From positions 27,714,001 through 27,778,000 of the forward strand of contig NC_043018.1 in NCBI RefSeq assembly GCF_006345805.1: DNA of 64,000 bases, in the 5' to 3' direction. How positions within the stretch are numbered: the first letter of the stretch is position 1; each line of letters opens with the position of its first letter. This stretch comes from Octopus sinensis (Eukaryota). A model generated the notes under the pieces. The model had not been told where the DNA came from. It did no database searches and worked only from the letters and a program-made list of their open reading frames with translations. Shown one piece after another: positions 1-11,265 of this stretch. Both the position numbers and the translations under genes were made by a program.

Positions 1-644
1 ATAGACGCGAACATTAGAAGTATAGTCTCAATTAGTTTAGTTTACCTTCTTTAATAATCTTTCGGTTTCTGTTTCAGCTCCTTTACAGCTCTCTAAAATT
101 ATTCAATTTTAGATAGGCATATATTTATAGACGCGAACATTAGAAGTATAGTCGCAATTAATTTAGTTTAGAAGAAAACGTTTGTAGCTACGGTAAAGTA
201 TATATATTTATAATTTACATCTTGTTAATAATCTTTCATTTTCTATTTCAGCTTTCCTCTTAATAATCTTTCATTTTCTTAATCTTTCATTTTCTTAATC
301 TTTCATTTTCTATTTCAGCTTCGTAACCTCCTCTCTTTCTTTTCTTTCTCTCTCTGCCTCTTCACTTCTCTCTATCACACCATCTTTCTTCTCTCAGCCG
401 TTCAATCTTTCCTTGTCTCTTCACTTTTCCACTTCTCTCTCTCACACCATCTTTCCTCTCTCAGCCTCTCAATTTTTCTAAATATATAGTCCCGAACTTT
501 CTTCTCTTACTCTCTTCTTATCTTCTCTCAGCTCTCAGTCTCTCTAAATACATAGACACTTTCTTTCTCTATTTCTTCTCTACCCTCTATCACACTATTA
601 AATTTCAAATATAATTAGATAGATAAATAAATAAAATATCCAAA

Positions 645-1561
645 ATGTCCAGAACCTGGAGAAGTAACGAATTGGCGTTGTTGCTGAGAGATAATCCGAA
701 CAACATAATTACAGCTGCGCTGAAGAGCAGTGGATATAAAAGGACAATAGCTCAGATAGAGCGAAAGAAGCAGGAATTTATACGCTTCTATGCACTCATA
801 AGATCTCACATTGGCACGCTTGATGCCATCTTTGACAACGAGCAAAGTAAAGATGGCAAGGATGGAGACGCGGGTGCTGATGAAAGAAGTCACCCCCACT
901 TGGTAGACACCCAGGAAGAAGATTCAAGTGAGAAACCTGCCCGGGAAGTAAACCCAAGTGCAAGTGCTCCTACCAGCACCAAAAGCGATGGAGATGAAAG
1001 AACCAAAAAAGAATTAAAAGGAGGAAAAACTAAAAGAAAAACAAAAGGTGAAACAGCCAAAGAAGGAAAAACTATAACTCAAACAAAACCAAAAAGGAAA
1101 CAGCCAAGGATAGAAGCAAACCTGACTATCCATGTACCAAAAAGGATAGAAACAAACAGTGCACACGAATGTGTAAATTCTACCTGAAAGGTGTCTGCTG
1201 GCATGGAGAGGAGGGTGCAGGCTGCCGTTTTGCACATCAAAGACCCTACCACATGAGCACGAAACAGGTCAGAAACCAACTACTAAAAGGAAAAGGAATG
1301 GACCACGCACCACCTGCCCCAAAACGGAGGTATGCAGATGTGGTGCGTGCTACAAACCGCCAACACGTTATTGAAAGGGCAGCTGCTGAACATGAATCTT
1401 TTTTGTGCATGGCACAAAATATTGTACAGCAGCTAACCTGGCTCCATCAAACTCAAACTCGCAGATGGGACTATCCACAATACACAAGACCGCCACAGCA
1501 AATAGACCCAAGTTGGATACCGCTGGCAACAGCATACACCTCACCTCGATGCTCCTACTGA
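645..1561 (+). pseudogene. LINE ORF1 (frameshifted; ORFs 645-1187 and 1169-1561) with CCCH zinc finger
   Basis: Basic low-complexity region followed by CKFYLKGVCWHGEEGAGCRFAH (C-x7-C-x8-C-x3-H); its stop overlaps the ORF2 start. Confidence 0.65.
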
Positions 1562-2778
1562 ACATCAGAGGACTGCTAACACTCAGTAACAGGACAAAAG
1601 TCCCGTTCTTGAGGGACTTTGTTGCATGCAATCAAGCCTTATGCATAGCACTTACGGAAACACACCTGAAACCGGACAGAGCAGATGCGGAAATACACAT
1701 ACCACAGTATGTTGTACTACGGACCGACAGAAAAGAAAGAAGCCATGGAGGAGTTGCTATGTACATCCGTGAGGACCTCACACCCCAGGTCCTTTTGTCA
1801 TACTCAAATTCGGTGTGTGACACACTAATTGTACATATAAGGCAACTTGGTGTAGTTATATGTGCTACATATCGCCCTCCAGATGCCCCAAGCCATGTAG
1901 GCAAGTTTGAAGATTGCCTTATAAAAATAGAAGTTCTAGTCACATTAGAACAACACATATGTGTACTTCTTATGGGAGACTTCAATCTACCCAATGTCAG
2001 ATGGCCCGAGGGCCTCTCTCTTCTAGGAATGACACGATGTGAACGAGGACAAGCGAGGTCCCTCCTGAACCTCATCAACACTCTGTACATGGAGCAAGTA
2101 ATATTCCAACCAACCAGGGCAGGTAACATACTGGATCTCTGCTTCACAAATAATATGGATCTTATCCATGATGTGAAAGTGACACCGACACTACTCTCGG
2201 ATCACAACAAGGTAGAGCTGACCATGTACGGGCCAAAGGAAAGCATGGACATGCAGTCTACAAGAAACTCTCAGAATCTTTCCAGCTTGAACTTCCATAA
2301 GGCAAACTGGAAACAAATTGAGAAAGAGATCCTCAAACAAAACTGGCCTGAATATCTCTCCTCGCCAGACATTGACATGAAACTTCAACAATTCATGTCT
2401 GTAATACAAGCCATATGCTACAAATGTGTCCCAGAGAGAAAGGCCACTGTACACATGAGCAAAATCCCCAGAGAGAGGAAAATTCTAATGAGACGGCGTA
2501 CAAAAGTTTCAAATCGCCTAAACAAACAAATTGAAAGCAGTGAAAAGTCCCGCCTGAAAATAAAACTGTTGGAAATTGAAAAATGTCTGCAACTCTCCCA
2601 TGAAAAAGAAAGAGCAAACAAAGAAGCCTGGGCTATAGACAACATAAAATCTAACCCCAGAGCTTTCTACAGGAATGCCAAAGAAACAGCTACGGTGCAC
2701 TGTAGGATAAGGCCACTCCTTGAAACGGATGGCACACTCACAGGAAATCCAATGAGGGTAAGTGAAATACTAAATTAG
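1549..2778 (+). pseudogene. LINE ORF2 N-terminus, APE-like endonuclease
   Basis: Motifs LLNIRGL, IALTETHL, GGVAMYIR, YRPP, MGDFNLP, PTRAGNILDLCFTNN, SDHN; premature TAG at 2776-2778. Confidence 0.92.
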
Positions 2779-2851
2779 CAATTCAAGACTATTTTCACTC
2801 CACCCCTAGGGGATTTTCAAGTCAGCAATCCAACTGACTTCTTTACCACTG

Positions 2852-3622
2852 CTGGACAAAATATACAAGTGGGCTGAAAAGAATAGCATGCAGTTCAATG
2901 CTGAAAAGTTTCAAGCTCTATGCTATCAGCACGCAAAACTAAATGCAATACCCAATAAACACACTGGACCTGGTGGGACTGCAATCCCAGAGGCACAATC
3001 AGTGCGAGACCTGGGTATTTACATGAGTGATGATGCAACCTTTCATGTGCATGTTGCTAAATTGGCAATGAAATGTAGGCGGCTGACCGGATGGATTCTT
3101 AGAACCTTTAGAACAAGAGACCAGGAAACCATGATGGTCCTTTGGAGGACACGTGTCCTAAGCCACTTTGACTATTGCTCTCAGCTATGGTCACCATCCA
3201 GTGTCAAGTTAATCACAGAACTTGAAGCGATCCAACGAAGCTACACGAAGAAGATAGCCACTGTGCAGCATATAAGCTATTGGGAAAGACTCAAGAGGTT
3301 GAGACTCTATTTCTTAGAGCGTAGGCGAGAAAGATATGCCATAATATACATCTGGAAGATCCTAGAAGGACTTGTCCCAAACTTTGGCATCGAGAGTTAC
3401 ACAAATGACAGAACTGGGCACCACTGCATAGTGCCAAGGACTCCAAATTTGCCATCAAGATGTAGGACAAGATACTGTGATAGCCTGGGCTTCCGAGGCC
3501 CACAGCTCTTCAATATCCTCCCGAAGAACCTAAGAGATCTGCATGGGGTGGACGCAGATGTCTTTAAAATGAAACTGGATCTCTTCTTGTCAGGTATCCC
3601 AGATGAACCAACTTCACGGTAG
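2852..3622 (+). pseudogene. LINE ORF2 C-terminus (end of RT plus CR1-type C-terminal domain)
   Basis: LDKIYKWAEKNSMQFNAEKF, VRDLGIYMS, DYCSQLWSP, YWERLKRLRLYFLERRRER, FKMKLDLFL. Confidence 0.9.
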
Positions 3623-3785
3623 GAGGTGCAGATGAGGGCAGCTGCATCGAACTCTCTCATGCACCAAATGGCAATTGTTAAAAAGCATTCGTGAAGTAAA
3701 ATCCTGTAGCAACACCAAATGGCGGTGCCCCAGCATGACCACAGCTTGTGAGCTGAAACTAGATAAATAAAAAAAAAAAAAAAAT

Positions 3786-3872
<87 letters not shown>

Positions 3873-4067
3873 ATAATAATATTAGGGATTAAATCTAAAC
3901 TTACAGGGAAAAATTAGATTTAGGATTAAATCCAATTTTATAGTATAAATATATTATATTAAATTAGAGATAAAACCACTATTAGGCATATCAAACAGTG
4001 AAAAACATAAGCCAATACATAAAATTAATTTAAAAATATAAAAGTTAAAAATAAATAATATAATATA

Positions 4068-4113
<46 letters not shown>

Positions 4114-4341
4114 ATATAATTAATCAATATAGGGTGGCAAAAAATTTTGTAGAATTTTTTTGCCACCAGCGGCCTAGTGGGAAAAAATTAAATAGTCATA
4201 GACCATTTTTAAGTTCAACATCACAATCAAGGAACGGCCATAATAGGCCATTCACCCACTAGAAATAACAGCCAAAAGCTTCAACCGCAAATAACATCAA
4301 TTCCGTAAACCAGGAGAAAATTAAAAAACATTTACCCTGCA

Positions 4342-4448
4342 ATTTCTTATACGATGCACCGTTTCATCTACTGTTTAATGGTAAACTAACCTGATTAAAT
4401 TAAATCAAGCCAATCTACCATAGGCCCTTAGATTCATCAGTAAGAAAT
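4342..4448 (-). ncRNA. Type I hammerhead ribozyme, mirror copy in the left arm of the palindrome
   Basis: Reverse complement of 4675-4781. Confidence 0.85.
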
Positions 4449-4674
4449 AGCCAAGTCGGAACAGATATTTTTTACGAGGCATTCCTGTCCCTGCCTCGGC
4501 AATATCTGACCTAAAATTTTCAAATCATCGCACTCGCGCCAAATTTATCGGCAGCAAATAAATATAAGCTATTTAATTTTTTCCCGCGAGTGCGATGATT
4601 TGAAAATTTTAGGTCAGATATTGCCGAGGCAGGGACGGGAATGCCTCGTGAAAAATATCTGTTCCGACTTGGCT

Positions 4675-4781
4675 ATTTCTTACTGATGAATCTAAGGGCC
4701 TATGGTAGATTGGCTTGATTTAATTTAATCAGGTTAGTTTACCATTAAACAGTAGATGAAACGGTGCATCGTATAAGAAAT
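4675..4781 (+). ncRNA. Type I hammerhead ribozyme with extended stem II
   Basis: Stem I ATTTCTTA/TAAGAAAT, CTGATGA 4683-4689, stem II ATCTA/TAGAT, GAAA 4758-4761, stem III ACGGT-GC-ATCGT, GTA cleavage triplet 4771-4773. Confidence 0.85.
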
Positions 4782-4898
4782 TACAGGGTAAATGTTTTTT
4801 AATTTTCTCCTGGTTTACGGAATTGATGTTATTTGCGGTTGAAGCTTTTGGCTGTTATTTCTAGTGGGTGAATGGCCTATTATGGCCGTTCCTTGATT

Positions 4899-4972
<74 letters not shown>

Positions 4973-5186
4973 TCTATGTGACCTGAGTGAAAACATTACT
5001 TTGCCCGAATATTTATAAATTAATCTATATTGAGTTCTACTGTTAGAAACGAATTGACTTCTCGAAGTTTCTATATTCTCATGACGTAAACAATGTATAC
5101 ATACATACATACATACATACATACCTACATACACAGAGACATATCTATTATTATATACATATATATATGCATATATGTATGTATGT

Positions 5187-5870
5187 CATTATTCAGTTTT
5201 ATTTCAAGGCTTCTTGACAGAAGAGAAAGAGCTGGTTTCTAACCTAGATCCAAGGCTCCTTCACTGGAATTTCAACAACACCAACATGATATTTTTGTTT
5301 GTTCGTATGTATATGAGCAGATTTGCATGTTTTCGTTTTATGTGTGTATTCTCATGCATATAGTTGCATATCTAGACATGCTCAAATATGCTTAAATGAA
5401 AAATTTCTGGAAAGTCTTACAGATATTTACAATTCCAGTGATGGATTAAAACTGTAATCTTCGAATTAGCTTTCTCCTCTCTGGTTTTGAGAAGCTTAAT
5501 TTCTCAAGACTAGTATTTAGGCACTGTTTTACATAACCCTGTGCCCCCAAAATTACAGGTATAAACCTGAACTTGTAATCTGGGAAGAGTAACTCCATAT
5601 TTCTCAATAGTTCAGCGTAGGTATTCTCTTTTTCAATGCTCCAATCTGTACACAGTTTGTCTTCTCTATCAGGTTTTACTGTGTTTACAATTTATTGAGG
5701 TTTTCGCGGAGACATATCACCAGTCCTTTTTATTATGAGTGGCTATGCCTTCTACCATACTGTGGTTTCTTATTTCTTTGTCCTTGTGGTAATCCTTCCG
5801 ACAGATTTCATTATATATTATCCTGGCTACAACATCATGCCTCATTAATAAGTAATACTGTGATAAGAAT
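5187..5870 (-). mobile_element. R4/Dong-clade LINE 3' fragment inside (TATG)n
   Basis: Homologous to 9180-9800; (TATG)n on both flanks. Confidence 0.75.
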
Positions 5871-5934
5871 GTATGTATGTATGTATGTATGTATGTATGT
5901 ATGTATGTATGTATGTATGTATGTATGTATGTAT

Positions 5935-6639
5935 GTTGATGGCGAGGAGTCTAAGGAGTCAATGATAAGTCTTTGTTTCATAGTATCAATCACTGTTTCA
6001 TCCACAACTGACTCATGGTTTAGGAGTTCAGAGAAGTGTTCGATCCAGCGACCTGTGATTTCTGTTGATTTAGTAAACAGAGTGGAAGACTCCTTGGAAA
6101 GCAAAGGAGCTGATGTGGAGCTCTTAGGTCCATAAGCTGGCTTCATAAGATGGTAAAGCTTCTTGCTGTCATTTGCATCAGCAGCAGCCTTATTAGAATG
6201 GAGGATAGAAGGATTCCTAAGCAGATGCTCTATGGAGAACTTGTGAATGGAAGGAGACTCCGGCAGAAACCAAGGCTACGATTTAAGGACTGTGTCAAGT
6301 CCTCGTTAAAGGCTTTTGATATACAGGACACTGACTAGGAGAACAATGCCTGTCATCGCCACAGATGGAGAAAGCAGGTTAAGGAGGGGATCGACACTTT
6401 TGAGAGAGCACGTATCCAGCATGAAGAACTTAAACGAGCTGCTTGAAAGCGCACGGCTCGTATAGTGAATGGGGAAAGCTTGGTCTGCAATGTTTGCAGT
6501 CGTGTATGCTTGTCAAGAGCAGGGCTAATTAGCCACCAACGGAGCCGCAAATGCAAAATATAAGTTAGTCCTAGAGTGCACAATGTTCCTGAAGGTCGGC
6601 AACGGTCTTCCGCGGTCACGAGTGGACGGCCATCATCAT
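5935..6639 (+). mobile_element. RTE-clade LINE 3' fragment with an inverted 5' segment
   Basis: Plus strand: RMEDRRIPKQMLYGEL..KPRLRFKDCVKSSLK, C2H2 finger CNVCSRVCLSRAGLISHQRS, (CAT)n tail; minus strand 5935-6146: YGPKS..RWIEHFSELLN. Confidence 0.85.
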
Positions 6640-6679
6640 GTATGTATGTATGTATGTATGTATGTATGTATATACGTGC

Positions 6680-6890
6680 AGATTTGTATGATTTATGTAT
6701 GTATTCTCTTGCATACAGTTGCATATCTAGACATGCACAAGTATATAAATGATAAACTTCTAGAAAGTTTTAAAGATTTTTACAGTTCCAGTGATGGACT
6801 GGATCTGTAGTCTTCAAGTTAGCTTTCTCCTCTCTGGTTTTGAGAAGCCTAATTTCTCAAGATTGATATTTAAGCAATACATTGTTTACA
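6680..6890 (-). mobile_element. R4/Dong-clade 3' fragment
   Basis: Near-identical to 5330-5530 and 9185-9365. Confidence 0.7.
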
Positions 6891-6929
6891 TCATAAGAAT
6901 TTAGAAAGAGCCTCGGAAAAATGCATACT

Positions 6930-7745
6930 AGGGTTATCATTATGTGATCATTTTGCGTTTTGCATCTCAAAAACTGAGGCCTTCATCTTCCCTGCAGATG
7001 AAACAACCTTGGCTTTCTTTGGAGCAGTTGAGGAGTGGTGTTTCTGCTACATAGATTGTCTCTTTGTCAAAGTGATGAGCCCAACACTCATCTTGGCTTA
7101 GGAATACGCTCAAAGAAACCAGCTGGATCTGCTTTGAACAATGTCAGATTATCCGTAATGTGATCAGCCTAGTGCTCATTTGATCAGGTGTCCGAAAACG
7201 TAGCACCCATCGAACACAAACCTTCGTCACGCCAAGTTCATTGCGCAGAATATTCTCAACCCTTTCACAGGATATACTAATAGCATTGACTATTTAACTT
7301 ATGGCACATCGCTTGTTATCCATCACCATGTGGTGAACACGATCAATGTTTTCCTTGCTGATGGCAGTTTCAGGACGTCTAGACCGTGGGCTATATTAAA
7401 GACTCTCTGTTCCCCTCGTAAATTCAGCTGCCCTCTTCTGCACTGTTGATAAATATGAAGCATCATCCCTAATGTAGCAATCATGTCAGCATGAATCTCT
7501 CTGGGAGCTAAACCTTTTTTCAACAGGTACTTGATAACACCACGATGCCAAATTTTTGTCCATTTTCAAAAGAAGCCGCTACTAGTTACTTTCGAAGACT
7601 TCTTTGAAAAGTCAGATGTTCCTTTACATGGAAAGAGGAATTGCAGTTATCAATGAGACGTGTTGAAATTAATGCATGCTTGATTTCACGGCTCTAGTAT
7701 TACTCCTTCATAATCAGCCTGTGAACTCTTCAGTTTATCACCGTA
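6930..7745 (-). mobile_element. Decayed mariner/Tc1 transposon, 5' half
   Basis: KKGLAPREIHADMIATLG HTH-like peptide; TIR-like end at 7715-7745. Confidence 0.65.
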
Positions 7746-7898
7746 AAGAATGATTGCAACGCCTTCCCAAATAATCTACTAGATGTAGGAGAGTATTGTA
7801 GTTCGCTTGAAGCATTGTGTATTGTTTGTAAAATATAATGAGTCTTAAATGGCACAACAATGCACTATAATAACTGTTACAGTTTAATCATCCCTAGG

Positions 7899-7940
7899 GA
7901 TATCTGAAGAAGGGATCTTTGTATTCCGAAATATTATATC
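7899..7940 (+). ncRNA. Minimal type I hammerhead motif (Penelope type) at the centre of an inverted repeat spanning 7855-7986
   Basis: GATAT-CTGAAGA-A-GGGAT..ATTCC-GAAA-TA-TT-ATATC. Confidence 0.65.
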
Positions 7941-9179
7941 AGACTATGGATGATTAAATTACAACAGTTATTATAGTCGATTGTTGTTATTATAAAGCAT
8001 TGTTGATATAATCTACTAGAAGTGATTTTTTCGGGATTTCGGTTATTTAGCTATTCTGTTCTATATTCGCACGTATTTTATTTAATTCACAGACAATTTG
8101 TTATTCATTTAACACTAACACAATATCTGATATCCCACTTCAGATCGATAACTCTCAATCAGTATTTACGCCATAATTCTGGTCAAATAAAGAATTAAGA
8201 TTATATTATGTTATTCATTAAACTAAAGATCATGTACCATTTTCGTTCACTGAGAAGTCAATAAAACAGTGAGCCTGTTGCTCTATTAAGTAACTTGGTA
8301 GCTGTAGGTTAGTTTCTTTTAATAGCACTATGATATATTGGATAACTTGATACTTATAGGTCTGTGGTTTTCTGGCACTAATTGAAATAAAACATATTCA
8401 GTGAATTTATACTTCTGGGTCACTTTCTCAAATGAAAATAGAATGCATTTAATAATTTCATTTCGGTTCGTTACGCTGCTACACGCAATAGTTATGTCTG
8501 CTAACATGCTTATTTTTATTCTTAAGAATTAGTCACAGACATGTCTTTTCGGTTAAGAAGCATGATTTGCAGCCATGCAGTTTCAGGTTCACTCCAACTG
8601 CCTGGCACTTTAGGTAGGTGTTTTCGTGACCGACTAACACACTGAGGAAATCTAGTAGACAGAAACCGTTGTATTTATATAGACATGTGTGTGTATATAT
8701 ATACATATACATGCATGTATACATATACACAAACACATACACACATAGATATGTGTAGGAAGGGGTGTCTTCGTATTTATGCTTGTTCCTTCCACCCAAC
8801 TCTTGACAGCCAGTGCTAGGTCGTTCGTTTTCATTCCCAGTAACTTAGCGATTCGGCAAAAAGAACCCCACGGTAGAATAAGGACCATGTTTAAAAAAAA
8901 CCAACTGGGAACGATTTGGTCGAGTCTAACTTTGAAGACGTTGCTGCAACAAGTAAAAGATTTAAAATACCATTATTATTATTGAGTGAGAGAGCAGAGC
9001 ATGCCATCGACGAAGACACTTAGAATACTCTTAGCAAGGACGAATTTCATAACAGAAGAAATAATACAGCATGAGGAGATAATGATGACATAGTTGATAA
9101 TGACGACGACGATGATGATGATGATTATATATATATATATATATATATAGTATTTATATGAATGTATGTATGTATTGCT

Positions 9180-10615
9180 TTATGTATGTATTCTCATGTA
9201 TATAGTTGCATATCTAGACACGCTCATATATATTTAAATGATAAACTTCTGGAAAGTTTTTAAGAATTTTATAGTTCCAGTGATGGATTAAATCTGTAGT
9301 CTTCGAATTAGCTTTCTCCTTTCTGGTTTTGAGAAGCTTAATTTGTCAAGATTGGTATTTAGGCAATGAGTTACATCTTCCAGTGTCCCAATAATTACAG
9401 GTATAAACTTGAACTTGTAATCTGGATAGAGTAACTGCATATTTCTCAATAGTTCAGCGTAGTATTTTCTTTTCCACTGCTCCAAAACGGCACACTGTTT
9501 TTTTCTTTTCTATCAGGTATTAATTCTCTTTTCACTGATCTCCAGCTTTATGTTAACATCCGCTGGGCAGCTGATTTCCACAACAGTATAACTTTCTGTT
9601 CTGAATCCCAAATCATTATATCAGTTCTTCACTAATGTTTTTCACTAGGACATTCCACTAAGACATTCTCCTTTTTATCATGTGTGGATATGGCTTTTAC
9701 CATACTGTGGGTTCTTATTTCTTTGTCCTCCGCGTTATCCTGCCAACGGATTTCATTATAGAGTGTCCTAGCTACCATATCGTGACTCATCGGTAGATAA
9801 TACCGTAATGACATTTTCGAACAATTCCTTATAATGTGGATGATACCTTCGGTGTTAACTCCACAAAGTCTGCATCGGTTCTCACATTTTACTGTTTTCC
9901 GGCATCTCTATCCCTTTTGTGCATCATGTGTTTGGTTGATATTTCCTGTCCCTGGATTGCAAACGCATACCCTTCAAAGAGGGATGTAGTAATCCAAATG
10001 TTGGTCCATGATGATCAATGTTAATTTGATGATCAATGTTACTGACGTCTGGAAACTTTCCACTGACACATCCACGCATGTTCTTCTGCTGATATACGCT
10101 CATCCTTTCATCTGATAATATGTTTCGGTAGAGTCGTGCGACTTCTTTTGGCATGTATTTAAGGTCATCAGACAAGGAGTGCTGCTCAAGGAGCTGTCTT
10201 CAACGTCTTATGATGTTATCAGTCACGTGTATGCAAACTTGATCAAGGGATGCACTTCGAAATATGGTGGTTAAAAAGGTATTGCCGAAGGGATATGACA
10301 CGACATTCAAAGGCAATTTGGATCGATGTTAAGCCTCTGTTACCTTGTTTTCGTATTAGGTAGCGCCGTCTACGTCACTGTTGATGTGGAAATTATGTGT
10401 GATTGTTCGTATCTTCTTGGTTTTCACATCAATTGCTCGGATCTCATCAAGAGTCCAATCAAGCAGTCCAAATGTTGGTATGAGTACTGGCACTGAAAAC
10501 ACATTGTGGGCCACTGTTTTATTGAATGCGGAGAGTTTCGAGGTCCAAATTTTCTTTATTCGGCTGTAATATTCTTTAGTGAGATGTGTTTTGTTACAGG
10601 GGTCATTGTAAGACG
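9180..10615 (-). mobile_element. R4/Dong-clade LINE, 5'-truncated (RT end, CCHC knuckle, restriction-like endonuclease)
   Basis: KEYYSRIKKIWTSKLSAFNK..IPTFGLLDWT, CRLCGVNTEGIIHIIRNC, HDMVARTLY, FIPVIIGTL; abuts (TATG)n at 10616. Confidence 0.85.
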
Positions 10616-10752
10616 GTATGTATGCATGCATGTATGTTTGTATGTATGTATGTTTGTATGTATGTATGTATGTATGTATGTATGTATGTATGTATGTATG
10701 TATGTATGTATGTATGTGTGTGTGTATGTATGTATGTATGTATGTATGTATG

Positions 10753-10786
<34 letters not shown>

Positions 10787-10826
10787 TGTATGTATGTATG
10801 TATGTATGTATGTATGTATGTATGTA
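10616..10826. repeat. (TATG)n microsatellite
   Basis: Seen directly. Confidence 0.97.
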
Positions 10827-11156
10827 TATTCAGTAAATATAAAGAATTTGCATAACCAATAAGTCAGGCGATGGCAATTCATTTGAATTCATTCATTTCA
10901 TAGAAATCTGCATTAAATTTCTTCGGTGAATTAAAGCCGCCTACGTCATAATCACTTTAAATAAATCGACAAATACAGTCATTCATGCAAACTGAAATAA
11001 TTACTTTTGCAAATTTATTACGTTTAGTAATAATGTATAATAATTAGTCATATCGGTGTCTTGTGGGGAATCAGATATATTCCCTCTGTTGAGAATCTAA
11101 CAATGCCACGACTTTTCTGTCCACGGAGAGATAACTAGACAGAGATATATTTACAT

Positions 11157-11235
<79 letters not shown>

Positions 11236-11265
11236 CCTATCTATCTATCTATCTATCTATCTATC

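Larger units (their letters stand above)
1..3783 (+). mobile_element. CR1-group (Zenon-like) LINE, internally deleted, with A-rich 3' tail
   Basis: Repetitive pyrimidine-rich leader, ORF1 remnant, APE endonuclease ORF, CR1-type C-terminal ORF, 3' stem-loop at 3742-3755 and A-rich tail at about 3765-3783; the 5' end may lie outside the window. Confidence 0.85.
4220..4903. repeat. Long inverted repeat (319-bp arms 4220-4538 and 4585-4903, 46-bp spacer), Penelope pseudo-LTR-like
   Basis: Arms are reverse complements with three mismatches seen by eye; the wider element (about 3882-4903) is flanked by (TA)n. Confidence 0.95.
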
